Positions 19,251 through 28,807 of a stretch of 55,779 bases of DNA are shown in pieces (position 1 is the first letter of the stretch; the number at the start of each line of letters is the position of its first letter). Source of the DNA: a virus (taxonomy: Duplodnaviria > Caudoviricetes); the IMG/VR virus record IMGVR_UViG_3300032397_000016, positions 1 through 55,779 of that record, one strand, 5' to 3'. The notes beneath the pieces are model-generated. The model was not told the DNA's origin and did no database searches. It saw nothing but the letters and a program-made list of their open reading frames with translations. A program made the translations under genes and the position numbers.

Positions 19251-20186
19251 ATGACTACCCTTACCGTTAAGTATCGGCCGACCCGGTTCGGCGACGTCGT
19301 TGGGCAATCGGCAGTTATCAAGTCATTACAATCGGTAATCAAACACGGCACGGCCCGGTCGTTCATTCTCACGGGGCCGTCGGGAGTTGGCAAGACCACG
19401 GTTGCGCGCTTGATTGCATCGGCGGTCGGTTGCTCGCCGGAGAACATCATAGAGATTGACGCGGCTACATATACCGGCATCGACTCTATGAGATTGATTA
19501 CCGATACGTTGCGTTACCGACCTCTGGGGTCAAACGCGTGCCGCGTGGTAGTCGTCGACGAGGCCCACGCATTGAGCAAACAAGCCTGGCAGAGCCTACT
19601 GAAGGGAGTAGAGGAGCCGCCGCCTGGGGTTTACTGGGTGTTTTGCTCGACCGACCCAACCAAGATACCGGTCACAATCAAGACCCGGTGTGCTCACTAT
19701 GACTTCAAGCCATTAAGTACCGATGATGTCATTGGTATTATAACCGATGTTGCCGACTCCGAGGGGATGAAGTTGTCCGAGGATGTCTTGGCGTTCGTGG
19801 CCGACCAATCGGAAGGGAGCGCGCGGCAGGCGCTTTCCATTCTTGCACAGGTATCTAGGTGTCCCGATGTGGACCATGCGGCCCGCATCCTGAAGACCGC
19901 GCAGGCAACCGATACCGAGGTGATAGACCTCTGCCGGGCGCTTGTGCGGGGCCAGCGTAGTTGGCCTAAACTTATGTCAATAATTAGACGGATGGGCGAC
20001 GTCAACCCCGAGAGCGTCCGACAAGTGGTCTTGGATTACTTCGGCAAGGTGGCCATGAGCGCCAAGACCCCGAAGAGTGCCGCCGCCGCCGTTGAAGTCA
20101 TAGACGCATTTAGCGAGCCTTATACCATCGGCCGAGGACCGGCTCCCGTGATTCTTTCGCTGGGGCGGCTCCTATTTAGTGAGTGA
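19251..20186 (+). CDS. dnaX: Clamp loader (DNA pol III gamma/tau-like)
   Basis: KYRP..F..VVGQ, GPSGVGKTT, EIDAA, DEAH, TRC. Confidence 0.9.
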   Translation: MTTLTVKYRPTRFGDVVGQSAVIKSLQSVIKHGTARSFILTGPSGVGKTTVARLIASAVGCSPENIIEIDAATYTGIDSMRLITDTLRYRPLGSNACRVVVVDEAHALSKQAWQSLLKGVEEPPPGVYWVFCSTDPTKIPVTIKTRCAHYDFKPLSTDDVIGIITDVADSEGMKLSEDVLAFVADQSEGSARQALSILAQVSRCPDVDHAARILKTAQATDTEVIDLCRALVRGQRSWPKLMSIIRRMGDVNPESVRQVVLDYFGKVAMSAKTPKSAAAAVEVIDAFSEPYTIGRGPAPVILSLGRLLFSE

Positions 20187-20306
20187 CTTTCGGCCGACCG
20201 GTCTGTATAAGTGAGTGTCTAGGGCGTGGTAGCACGGGTAAGGTGCGCCGGGGTCGGGGTGTTCCCCCCCGCCTCGGCCTCGGCCACCGATATTAAGGAG
20301 CGGCCG

Positions 20307-20810
20307 ATGTCGCACAAAGAGATAGGTCGGCTTGACGCCGCCTTAGCGGAACTAAGGGCGGGTCTACATATTGACAAAGAAGCACTTGACGAAGCACTCC
20401 AAGAGCAACCGGTTCAATTCGACCGCGCGGGCGCTTTGGTTGCCGAACGCACCGCACGGCGCGATCGTCTCAAGAACGAGTTAGGGTTGTACGACGCTAA
20501 CCTATCGGCAAAACTCCGCGGACTCAAAGATAAGAAGTGGACCGAGAAGGGGCTTGCCGAGGCAGTCGAGCGCGACTCCGGACACCAGGAGTTGGTTGAT
20601 AAGCACATCACTGCCAGTTACTACGTTGCCGCGTTCGCGGCGGTTCAGGAATCATATAGGCAACGTGGGTACATGTTGAGAGAACTGGCTAACTTGTGGA
20701 CGGCCGGGTACTGGCAAGAAACGAGCGTCACGGGCACTCAGGCCGACGTTGAGAGAGTTGACTATCGGCGTATGCGGAAAGTGCTCGCGCGAACCCGGCT
20801 AGAGGGCTAG
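20307..20810 (+). CDS. Helical protein, possible UvsY-like recombination mediator
   Basis: RBS AAGGAG; coiled-coil; located before SSB and RecA. Confidence 0.45.
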   Translation: MSHKEIGRLDAALAELRAGLHIDKEALDEALQEQPVQFDRAGALVAERTARRDRLKNELGLYDANLSAKLRGLKDKKWTEKGLAEAVERDSGHQELVDKHITASYYVAAFAAVQESYRQRGYMLRELANLWTAGYWQETSVTGTQADVERVDYRRMRKVLARTRLEG

Positions 20811-20814
20811 AAAC

Positions 20815-20985
20815 ATGTGGGCCGAGTCATGGCTAATCGTTGCCGGAGTCGTGATGGGTTCCGCAGTCGGTTTGTTCGTGGTTATCTACGTGCTCGCATA
20901 TCTTGTCGGCTCCGGTCTCTTTGCAGGTAAAGCCTCCGCTGTGCGTAGGGCACTTCGGAAGGGCAAACGGGTAGACTTGTTCTGA
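20815..20985 (+). CDS. Small membrane protein (56 aa, not in the ORF track)
   Basis: MWAESWLIVAGVVMGSAVGLFVVIYVLAYLVG...KRVDLF. Confidence 0.55.
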   Translation: MWAESWLIVAGVVMGSAVGLFVVIYVLAYLVGSGLFAGKASAVRRALRKGKRVDLF

Positions 20986-21002
20986 TATGAGGAGGTTCCA
21001 AA

Positions 21003-22211
21003 ATGAAGCACCGTAAGTTTCACTACAAGCCGCGCGGTACCAAGAGTGTCAAAAAGCGAGCAAGTCGTCGGGGTGGGGGATACGATTCCCTTTTCAAGGA
21101 CTTCCCCGAGTTCCGACCCGAGGCAGGTGACCATCGCGTGCGGATTCTGCCGCCGACCTTTGAGAAGGCAGAGCACTACGGGCTTGATATGTCGATACAC
21201 TACGGCATCGGCCCGGACGAGGGCGCGTACCTGTGTACTCAGGTGATGCAAGGAAAACCGTGCCCGGTGTGCGACGAGCGCAAGCGGGCGGCACGACAGG
21301 GTGATGATGATTATGCCGGCACCCTTCGGGCAGGCAGCGGCGTTGCGGTGTGGGTAATCGTCCGCGGAAACGAAGACACCGGCCCGCAACTGTGGCGCAT
21401 TCCCTTCAAGTTGGACAGGGAAATCGCCAAGCAAAGTATTCAGAAGGAGACGGGTAAAGCCCTCATGATTGACCATCCCGAAAAGGGCTATGACGTGTTC
21501 TTTACCAGAGAGGGCACCAAAAAAGAGAACACGTCATATACAGGTGTCTCGGTCGCCCGTCACCCGAGTCCCATCTGTGACGACAAGAAGACGGCCCGCC
21601 ACTGGCTGGAGTTCATCGGGGAAAACCCACTCGACGAATGTATGAACTACTTTGAATATGACTACATCAAAGACATATTCGCCGGGACCAAAGAGCGCAA
21701 GGACGACGACGAAGACGAGGGCGAGCCGGACGGCGAAGACGACGACAACGTTAAGGGCGCCCGCGGTAAGCGCCGTCGGCGTCCGGAGCCGGACGAAGAC
21801 GACGAAGACGACGACGCCGAGGACGCATCGGATGATGAAGATGAGTCCGAGGACGAAGACGACGAAGACGACGAGCCCAAGACCAAGCGTCGGCGTCTGA
21901 AGTCCAGGCGCGTTGAGCCGGACGAAGACGACGAAGACGAGCCGGACGAAGACGACGAACCCAAGGCCAAGCGTCGGCGTCTGAAGTCGGAGCCGGACGA
22001 AGACGACGAAGACGACGAAGACGAGGACGCATCGGACGATGAAGATGAGTCCGAGGACGAAGACGACGACGAGGAGCCGGATGAAGACGAGCCGGACGAA
22101 GACGACGAGGAGCCGGACGAAGACGACGCCGAAGACGACGGGCCCAAGACCAAGAAGACCAAGAAGGGCAAGAGCACCCGTCAACGCATCCACAAAGGCC
22201 TGAAAGGCTAA
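21003..22211 (+). CDS. T4 gp32-like single-stranded DNA-binding protein with very long acidic tail
   Basis: RILPP, H...C...CPVC, DHPEKGYD...REG...T.Y; ~170-aa D/E-rich tail. Confidence 0.75.
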   Translation: MKHRKFHYKPRGTKSVKKRASRRGGGYDSLFKDFPEFRPEAGDHRVRILPPTFEKAEHYGLDMSIHYGIGPDEGAYLCTQVMQGKPCPVCDERKRAARQGDDDYAGTLRAGSGVAVWVIVRGNEDTGPQLWRIPFKLDREIAKQSIQKETGKALMIDHPEKGYDVFFTREGTKKENTSYTGVSVARHPSPICDDKKTARHWLEFIGENPLDECMNYFEYDYIKDIFAGTKERKDDDEDEGEPDGEDDDNVKGARGKRRRRPEPDEDDEDDDAEDASDDEDESEDEDDEDDEPKTKRRRLKSRRVEPDEDDEDEPDEDDEPKAKRRRLKSEPDEDDEDDEDEDASDDEDESEDEDDDEEPDEDEPDEDDEEPDEDDAEDDGPKTKKTKKGKSTRQRIHKGLKG

Positions 22212-22215
22212 ATCC

Positions 22216-23235
22216 ATGCGGCGCGTCGCTCTCGACACATCGGTAGTGGATACCGGGGACAGTGGTGGCGATTACTTCTACGCCACCACTTCCCGGTCTT
22301 TTCCTACAGGATGCACCCTTCTTGATTGCGTGCTTAACGGAGGGTGGTCCCAGGGTCGCATAATCAACATTGTCGGTGACGCAGGGACCGGCAAGACCCT
22401 TCTAGCGATGGAGGCCGCGGCCAACTTCTTGGAGACATATCCCGACGGCAAGGTATTCTATGAGGAGCCGGAGGCCGTATTTGACGAAGAGTACGCCAAA
22501 GGCCTTGGGATACCAATGCACCGGATATGTCTTGGTCGACCTGACACCGTTGAGGATTTCTACGAGAGATTGACCCGGCGTCTTGAAAAGTATGCTGGTA
22601 CCCCGATGCTTTACATACTTGACTCTCTCGACGCGTTGACAAGCGCGGTAGAGCGTGACCGGGCCTTTGACAAAGCATCGTATGGCGGCGATAAGCCGAA
22701 GCAAATGGGCCAACTGTTCCGTAGGTGCGTCCGGGCAATCAACGAGACGGACGCCACTCTTATCATCATATCGCAAACCCGGGATAACATCGGTGTCATG
22801 TTTGGGGACAGGCAGCGGGTGAGCGGTGGCCGGGCGCTGAAGTTCTACGCAAGCCAAATAGTATGGCTTGCACAAACCAAGACAATTAAACGCACCATTA
22901 AGAAGGTGGTGAGGACCGTCGGTATCCGCGTGCGGGTCAAGTGCAAGAAGAACAAGATTGGCCCGTCCTTCCGCGAGTGTGATTTCCCACTTATCTTCTT
23001 ATACGGTGTTGATGATTTGATGGCCAACCTTGAGTGGCTTAAGTCGGTCGGCAGACTGGCCGACGCCACAGGGCCGGGCAGAAAAGAGTACGAGGGCCGC
23101 ATAGAGTCGATGGGGCGCAAAGCCTATCGGCGCGAGTGTGCCCGCGTCTCTTGTATCGTTAAGGGTACATGGAAAGAAGTTGAGCATCGGTTTGCACCTC
23201 GGAGACAGAAATATGGGACGCATGGGGAAGATTAA
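22216..23235 (+). CDS. recA: RecA/UvsX-family recombinase
   Basis: TG...LD..L.GG, GDAGTGKT, DS, SQ.R, GG.ALKFYAS, KNK. Confidence 0.92.
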   Translation: MRRVALDTSVVDTGDSGGDYFYATTSRSFPTGCTLLDCVLNGGWSQGRIINIVGDAGTGKTLLAMEAAANFLETYPDGKVFYEEPEAVFDEEYAKGLGIPMHRICLGRPDTVEDFYERLTRRLEKYAGTPMLYILDSLDALTSAVERDRAFDKASYGGDKPKQMGQLFRRCVRAINETDATLIIISQTRDNIGVMFGDRQRVSGGRALKFYASQIVWLAQTKTIKRTIKKVVRTVGIRVRVKCKKNKIGPSFRECDFPLIFLYGVDDLMANLEWLKSVGRLADATGPGRKEYEGRIESMGRKAYRRECARVSCIVKGTWKEVEHRFAPRRQKYGTHGED

Positions 23236-23785
23236 GGGCGCCCAATTTGAGCGCAAGGTTTGCGTGGCTCTAAGTCTCTGGGTTAGTGCTGGCAAACGTA
23301 ATGACATATTTTGGCGCTCCGCCATGAGCGGCGGCAGGGCCACCCTTGAGGGTCGCAAAGTATCGGCGCTGCCCGGCAGAGTGCGACTTCGGAAGCACCA
23401 CTCCCAGGCAGGAGACGTGTCGGCTGTGCACCCGATTGGGGCCGTCTTCGTATCCCGATACGTTGTTGAGTGCAAGACGTATCGGGATTTGCACTACCAG
23501 TCAATTATCCATAACGCCGGGATAGCCAACAGTATCTTGGCGTTTTGGTTGGCGCTTCTAAAGAGCGCATCGGCAGACAGACACCCGATGTTGATATGTA
23601 AACAGAACCACGGACCGTGTTTGGTGGCGCTCGACAGTTATGGGATGGATTGTATGTACAGGGCGTATCGGCCCGTGAACCATCCGCCGAAACCCCCACA
23701 CGTTGTCGTCCCCCGGTATGATATGCACATATACTTGTTTAACGCGGTTCTGGAGTCCGACTACGACCGGTTTATCGGGGGCTAA
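23222..23785 (+). CDS. Holliday junction resolvase (Hjc-like PD-(D/E)xK)
   Basis: KG..FER, R...SGG, GD, VECK. Confidence 0.8.
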   Translation: MGKIKGAQFERKVCVALSLWVSAGKRNDIFWRSAMSGGRATLEGRKVSALPGRVRLRKHHSQAGDVSAVHPIGAVFVSRYVVECKTYRDLHYQSIIHNAGIANSILAFWLALLKSASADRHPMLICKQNHGPCLVALDSYGMDCMYRAYRPVNHPPKPPHVVVPRYDMHIYLFNAVLESDYDRFIGG

Positions 23786-23786
23786 C

Positions 23787-24824
23787 ATGTACAAGATACT
23801 GGTGACCGCCGACTGGCATCTAACCGTCAATCCCATTGACAAGTACCGATGGGATTTCTTAGACTGGTTGCGGGACACAATCGTTGCACGCAAGGTTAAC
23901 CTTCTTTGTGTGCTCGGGGACTTGACGCACGATAAGGACCAGCATCCGGAGACACTTGTCAATCGGTTGATGGGCTTTTTTCAGTCTCTCAAGTGCCATA
24001 CCTTTATCGTGCCCGGTCAACACGACGGCCCTAATGAGGCCAGCCCCTTCTTTCGGTTTGTTGGTTATCCAATTAGGTTGGTAACAGAGCCAACAAATAT
24101 CTGGATGCTTCGCCGCAGTTTCCTTCTCTTGCCATACACGCGCAACCCCGCGACAGCGTGGCGGGCGCTTAACCTCCGGAAAGAATATCACTACGTCTTC
24201 ATGCACCAACCGATTGCCGGTGCTAAGTCGTCGAGCGGCCACCAAATCAAAGGTGCTTCGCCGTCACTCGCGTCGATGTTTGCATCCAACGTGGTGATTC
24301 TATCGGGAGACAACCACACCCCGTCTCGTGTTGGCCGTATCAGATATGTAGGTGCTCCGTATCCAACACGGTTTGGAGAGACACACCATCCTCGCGTAAT
24401 TCTTATATCGGTTCCCGATTATGGGAATGAGCAGTGCACGGGTAACGACAGTGATATAATCAAGTCGATACATCCACCGTCGATTAAGAAACTGGAGTTG
24501 ACGGTCGGCTCGTCCAAAGACCTGCGCACGTGTGGTAAGGTTCGGGCAGGTGACCACCTACGGGTACATGTTAAGATACACCGACGCGACTATGCCGATT
24601 GGCCAGCCATAAAGAACGACGTTGTGACTACGGCTGTGATGATGGGTGCAACTCTCTGTGGCGTCGACCTTGAGACGGTTGGTGACAGGGTACGGTTATC
24701 GGACATGCCGTCCGCGCCGACAGTCAAAGACCCCGTCTCACAGTTTCAAGCGTATGGTAGATTGATGGGTCTACCCAAACCGATAAGGACTTTGGGCGAG
24801 AAACTGGTTGGCCGGTCAAAATGA
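23787..24824 (+). CDS. sbcD: SbcD/Mre11-like metallophosphoesterase nuclease
   Basis: ADWH, GD, GQHD, HQ, GDNH, YVGAP..RFGE. Confidence 0.85.
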   Translation: MYKILVTADWHLTVNPIDKYRWDFLDWLRDTIVARKVNLLCVLGDLTHDKDQHPETLVNRLMGFFQSLKCHTFIVPGQHDGPNEASPFFRFVGYPIRLVTEPTNIWMLRRSFLLLPYTRNPATAWRALNLRKEYHYVFMHQPIAGAKSSSGHQIKGASPSLASMFASNVVILSGDNHTPSRVGRIRYVGAPYPTRFGETHHPRVILISVPDYGNEQCTGNDSDIIKSIHPPSIKKLELTVGSSKDLRTCGKVRAGDHLRVHVKIHRRDYADWPAIKNDVVTTAVMMGATLCGVDLETVGDRVRLSDMPSAPTVKDPVSQFQAYGRLMGLPKPIRTLGEKLVGRSK

Positions 24825-26644
24825 ACATCACGATAGAGTCGGTACATCTAGAGAACTTCAAGACCTTCGCCAAGAGCGCGCGGTTCAATGTGGGCGGGGT
24901 TGGTAGTTCCTTTACACTTCTCACCGGCAGGAACGAACTTCGGCCGTCGATGGGCGGCAATGCGACAGGCAAGAGCACCATCTGGGACGCCTTATGCTGG
25001 TGTCTATATGGTAGAACGGTGCGAGGGGTTCGCGCGGGTAACGTCGTCAACTGGGCCGCGAGCAAGAAGTCCTGTCAGGTATCGGTAACAGTACGACGGG
25101 ACGGGGTTCGTAGGATTATAAGCCGACAGCAATCCCCCAACAGGTTGACATGGGTTGCTGGCACCCGACTGTCCGATGTTGACCAATCACAGTTGGAGGA
25201 CTGGCTTGGTCTCTCGTACTACGTATTTACAAATACCATTATCTTAGGCCAGTTCGGCCGGTTCTTCTTCGACTTCTTGCCGTCCGAGAAGTTGGCTCTG
25301 TTCAATGGCTTACTCGGCCTCGACGCGTGGCACGGCTATAGTATGGCCGCACGTGATAAGGCTGATGGGTACATCAAGACGTCTGAACAACTACGGCAAT
25401 CGGCTGCTGAGTTGTCCGGCAAGATTCAAGAGGCGCGGAAGGGTCTTCGTGAAACCAGGTCAAGCGTGGTTCCCAGCCCCGCCCCCCTTGAGGACGAGAA
25501 GCGTAGACTTACCTATAAGTTATCGGCCGTCTCCGAGAGAAAAAGGGGGACCGTTGCAAAGTTGGACGCGGCCGAGAAACGGCTAAAGACGGCCGAGGAA
25601 AAACTTGAGGCATCCAGGGCGGCTCTTGAACAACCCACCAAGCGGTTGGTTGCTCTGAGGGTAACCCTGCGGGCAGCGAAGAGGGAAAGACGCGGTATCA
25701 AGAGGTCTTTTCCCTTTTGCCCCGCGTGTCGCCAGACAGTCACGTTGGAACATAGGGACAAGGAGTTGGCCCGATGTGACCGGAGGATACTGGGTCTTCG
25801 GCACAAGATTAAACCCGTCAAGGACGCAATCCTCGCGATTCATCAGCGCGTTGACCACTACTCGCGCATCTACGGGATTACATATTTCTCGTATAGAGCC
25901 CACGACACAAAACTTAACCGGCTTAACGTGAAGCAACAAGACATCGTCGGGGAGATACGGGATATATCTAAAGACTTGGATGTGCTGATGGCCAGACAGA
26001 CCGCCGCAGATAGCACGGCCATAGTCAGGAAGGCCGCCCGGAAGCGACTACAGTCGTTCAAGGGCGAGCGCCACGAGTGCAGGGATAAGATGCGGCACGC
26101 GCAGCGCTTTGAGCACCTCTACAGAACTTTGGCTACTACCTTTAAGGACGTCCGGCTCTGGGTTGTTGATAACGTATTGAGAGAGTTGGAAATCTCAATC
26201 AACAACAACTTGGTGGACCTCGGCCTGGTTGGATGGGAAGTTCGGTTAGTAGTCGAGCGGGAGACCGCCGCCGGCAACATTTCAAGAGGGCTCAATGTGC
26301 TCATTCGGTCCCCGGACCAATCCGACAAGAAGATGGTTCCTTGGGAGGTCTGGTCCGGCGGTGAAACGCAAAGGCTTAGGGTTGCCGGTGCCGCGGGCCT
26401 GGCTGATATGATGCTTGGACGACTCGGCATATCGGTTAATCTTGAAGTGTGGGATGAGCCGACTCAGCACCTGCCGTCTGAAGGCGTGTCCGACCTGTTG
26501 GATGTGCTACAGCGTCGGGCCGAAGTCCGATGCAAGCGTCTTTTCCTGGTTGACCACCGGAGCCACGAGTCCGGTCTATTTGACAAACGTATATGTGTTG
26601 TGAGAAACAAGGAAGGTTCAGAATTGGAGGACGCCGATGGCTAG
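24821..26644 (+). CDS. sbcC: SbcC/Rad50-like SMC ATPase
   Basis: NFKTF, NATGKS, CPAC hook, SGGE, DEP, H-loop. Confidence 0.88.
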   Translation: MNITIESVHLENFKTFAKSARFNVGGVGSSFTLLTGRNELRPSMGGNATGKSTIWDALCWCLYGRTVRGVRAGNVVNWAASKKSCQVSVTVRRDGVRRIISRQQSPNRLTWVAGTRLSDVDQSQLEDWLGLSYYVFTNTIILGQFGRFFFDFLPSEKLALFNGLLGLDAWHGYSMAARDKADGYIKTSEQLRQSAAELSGKIQEARKGLRETRSSVVPSPAPLEDEKRRLTYKLSAVSERKRGTVAKLDAAEKRLKTAEEKLEASRAALEQPTKRLVALRVTLRAAKRERRGIKRSFPFCPACRQTVTLEHRDKELARCDRRILGLRHKIKPVKDAILAIHQRVDHYSRIYGITYFSYRAHDTKLNRLNVKQQDIVGEIRDISKDLDVLMARQTAADSTAIVRKAARKRLQSFKGERHECRDKMRHAQRFEHLYRTLATTFKDVRLWVVDNVLRELEISINNNLVDLGLVGWEVRLVVERETAAGNISRGLNVLIRSPDQSDKKMVPWEVWSGGETQRLRVAGAAGLADMMLGRLGISVNLEVWDEPTQHLPSEGVSDLLDVLQRRAEVRCKRLFLVDHRSHESGLFDKRICVVRNKEGSELEDADG

Positions 26645-26939
26645 AGTGAAACTGGACACGTTGGCATTGCTTGACCCAAAGGTTGCGTCGCTTGTGCGCC
26701 GTCGGTTGGAGGGTGAGATTGTGCCCTCCTTTGACGCGCAGCCCTGTATAATTGGGCATGGTAAGCATCGGCGCGTTGTAATGGCGCGGCCGTGCGGAAC
26801 ATGTACACATGATAGACGGGAGCATAACTTTGGCAAAACCGGTAAAGCGTGTGGTGTTGCGCACTGCGCTTGCACCAAGTACCAAGCGGGTCCGCTTGTC
26901 TATCGAGTCGCGCTCCCGATTGACTTGCCAAAGGTTTGA
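26637..26939 (+). CDS. Hypothetical protein with C-terminal CxxCxH..H..C..CxC motif
   Basis: RBS GGAGG; metal-binding pattern. Confidence 0.55.
   Translation: MARVKLDTLALLDPKVASLVRRRLEGEIVPSFDAQPCIIGHGKHRRVVMARPCGTCTHDRREHNFGKTGKACGVAHCACTKYQAGPLVYRVALPIDLPKV
26731..26752 (+). promoter_or_regulatory. Short-spacer promoter-like motif TTGACG-N10-TATAAT (copy 2)
   Basis: Nearly identical to 30955-30976. Confidence 0.5.
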
Positions 26940-27189
26940 CAGCCGTCGCCGGTACGCCGAGCAAGTATCCAAACGGCTGATTATGTACCGGCAAGTGCTT
27001 GATGGCAACACGGGAGATTTCGACGCCGCTGACCCGTCTCCATATATATGGCCAGATGTGGCCGACGCCCGGTGTTGGAAGTGTGGCGGGCCGACGCGAG
27101 ACACGCGAGAAAGGCTTTGCTTTCAGGGGATACACCACGCGGTGGTATATTGCCAAAAGTGCAAGATTAACACCCATGTAAGGATTTAG
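26830..27189 (+). CDS. Zinc-ribbon hypothetical protein (start uncertain)
   Basis: CWKC...CQKC; possible TTG start after GGGAG. Confidence 0.5.
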   Translation: MAKPVKRVVLRTALAPSTKRVRLSIESRSRLTCQRFDSRRRYAEQVSKRLIMYRQVLDGNTGDFDAADPSPYIWPDVADARCWKCGGPTRDTRERLCFQGIHHAVVYCQKCKINTHVRI

Positions 27190-27191
27190 AT

Positions 27192-27872
27192 ATGCCGTCC
27201 AGCCACGCCGTTATCATTCTGGCCGCCGGAGAACAGCATAATTTCCACGGCCCCGAGGGGTTGATAAAGCAACTTATCATGCTCAAGGACGGGTCTACCT
27301 TGCTCTATCGGACGGTCGCGCAGGTTCGGCACTTCGCGAGCGTCGAGCCGATTGTGGTGACCCACCGACCGTTTTCGGAACTACTCATGTACAACCCGCT
27401 TGCCCACGGATGCACCGTCGAAAGTCTCTTGTCGGCGAGACGGTACTGGGCGCGTGGCGTTGATAGTACTACAACAGTACTTCTCGGGGACGTGCTCTAC
27501 TCGTGGCACAGGATACGGCGAATCCTAGAGGACTGCCCCGCGGCTTTTTGGTTTCACGGGAACAAAAAACTGGCGGAGATATTCGCCGTTCAGTTCGACG
27601 CCAGTCTAAATAATCTAGTTGAGAAGATGTGTCGGGACGTCGTGGATGTTTTCACCGGGCCTCCCGCCGTTTATCCCGAAATGCCGTGCTCCGGCAAGTT
27701 GTGGTCACTTGCGCGGCAGGCCGTTGAGGGACAGCCCCGCGGTGGGATAAGCGATGCGATTGTTCAGTCGGCAGCGTTCGAGAACGGCGACGACTACACC
27801 CAAGACTTCGACAACTTCAAGCAACTAGATAACCCGAAGATTCCGTACACCGCGGAGCAACTGGAGTTATAG
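27192..27872 (+). CDS. Nucleotidyltransferase-like protein (GT-A / NTP transferase fold)
   Basis: IILAAG....F...KQL...LL.RTV, LLGDV, DFD. Confidence 0.65.
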   Translation: MPSSHAVIILAAGEQHNFHGPEGLIKQLIMLKDGSTLLYRTVAQVRHFASVEPIVVTHRPFSELLMYNPLAHGCTVESLLSARRYWARGVDSTTTVLLGDVLYSWHRIRRILEDCPAAFWFHGNKKLAEIFAVQFDASLNNLVEKMCRDVVDVFTGPPAVYPEMPCSGKLWSLARQAVEGQPRGGISDAIVQSAAFENGDDYTQDFDNFKQLDNPKIPYTAEQLEL

Positions 27873-27882
27873 GAGAAGACCG

Positions 27883-28797
27883 ATGAGTAAACGGCTTTGC
27901 GCATTCACATGGTTTGGTGGCAAGCAAAAGCACGCCAAGTTTCTGCTGCCGATGCTCCCTCCGCACACCAACTATGTTGAGCCGTTCGGCGGCGGTGGTG
28001 CCATTCTCTTGAACAAGAAGCCGTGTCGTGGCATTGAGGTATACAACGACGTAGATGGGTCGGTAGTTGACTTCTTTACGGTTGTCTCTGACCCGGACAT
28101 GTTCGCTGAGTTCTATCGGCGAGTAAATCCGTTGCCCTACTCACGGGGGCTCTACGACAAGTATCGGGAAGTGTGGCGCGACGAGAAGAACATAGTTAAA
28201 CGGGTAGCAATGTGGTTCTACATTGCTCGACAGTCCTTCTCGGGGGTGCCCGGGTCTGGTTGGTCTGCCGCGGTCGGCCGCAATAGCCAGTGTGCCAGAC
28301 CTGTAACACTCAAGGTCACGGGCTGGGCCAGTTGTATCGCCGGATTGCCATACATCCACAAGCGCATAACTCGGGTGCAGATTGAGCACCGAGACTTCCG
28401 GGAGGTGCTTGAGATGTACAACAGTCGGGAGTATTTGGCTTACTGCGACCCTCCCTACGTGCACGCGACCCGACGGACCAAGAGCGTGTACGGGACAGAA
28501 ATGAGCGACAAAGACCATAGAGATATGGTCAAGATTCTACTTGAGTACGAGGGCGCTGTTGTGCTCTCCGGCTACGCCACAAAGATATACCGACCGCTTG
28601 AGCGCGCGGGTTGGGACCGCAGAGAGTTTAAGGTGGTCTGCACCGCGGCGGGGAATACCAAACTGACAGGAATCCTCGGGCCAGGCTCCGCTTCACGTAT
28701 GCAGAAGCGTACGGAAGTAGTCTGGAGAAATCCCGAAGCCATGCGCCGAATGATTCATCGGGTAAAGGGGTTCTTTACCGAACGGGTCACTTCTTAG
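27883..28797 (+). CDS. DNA adenine methyltransferase (D12/Dam family)
   Basis: WFGGK, YVEPFGGGG, YND, DPPY, LSGY. Confidence 0.9.
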   Translation: MSKRLCAFTWFGGKQKHAKFLLPMLPPHTNYVEPFGGGGAILLNKKPCRGIEVYNDVDGSVVDFFTVVSDPDMFAEFYRRVNPLPYSRGLYDKYREVWRDEKNIVKRVAMWFYIARQSFSGVPGSGWSAAVGRNSQCARPVTLKVTGWASCIAGLPYIHKRITRVQIEHRDFREVLEMYNSREYLAYCDPPYVHATRRTKSVYGTEMSDKDHRDMVKILLEYEGAVVLSGYATKIYRPLERAGWDRREFKVVCTAAGNTKLTGILGPGSASRMQKRTEVVWRNPEAMRRMIHRVKGFFTERVTS

Positions 28798-28807
28798 GAG
28801 AGAGCAC

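Noticed and set aside
20222-20290. tRNA-like structure
   Set aside because: Two hairpins inside a closing stem, with no anticodon arm, proper T-loop or CCA; more likely a 5' leader.
21768-21990. KRRR blocks as eukaryotic nuclear localisation signals
   Set aside because: The genome has SD sequences, sigma70 promoters and bacterial-type replication genes; the resemblance is compositional.
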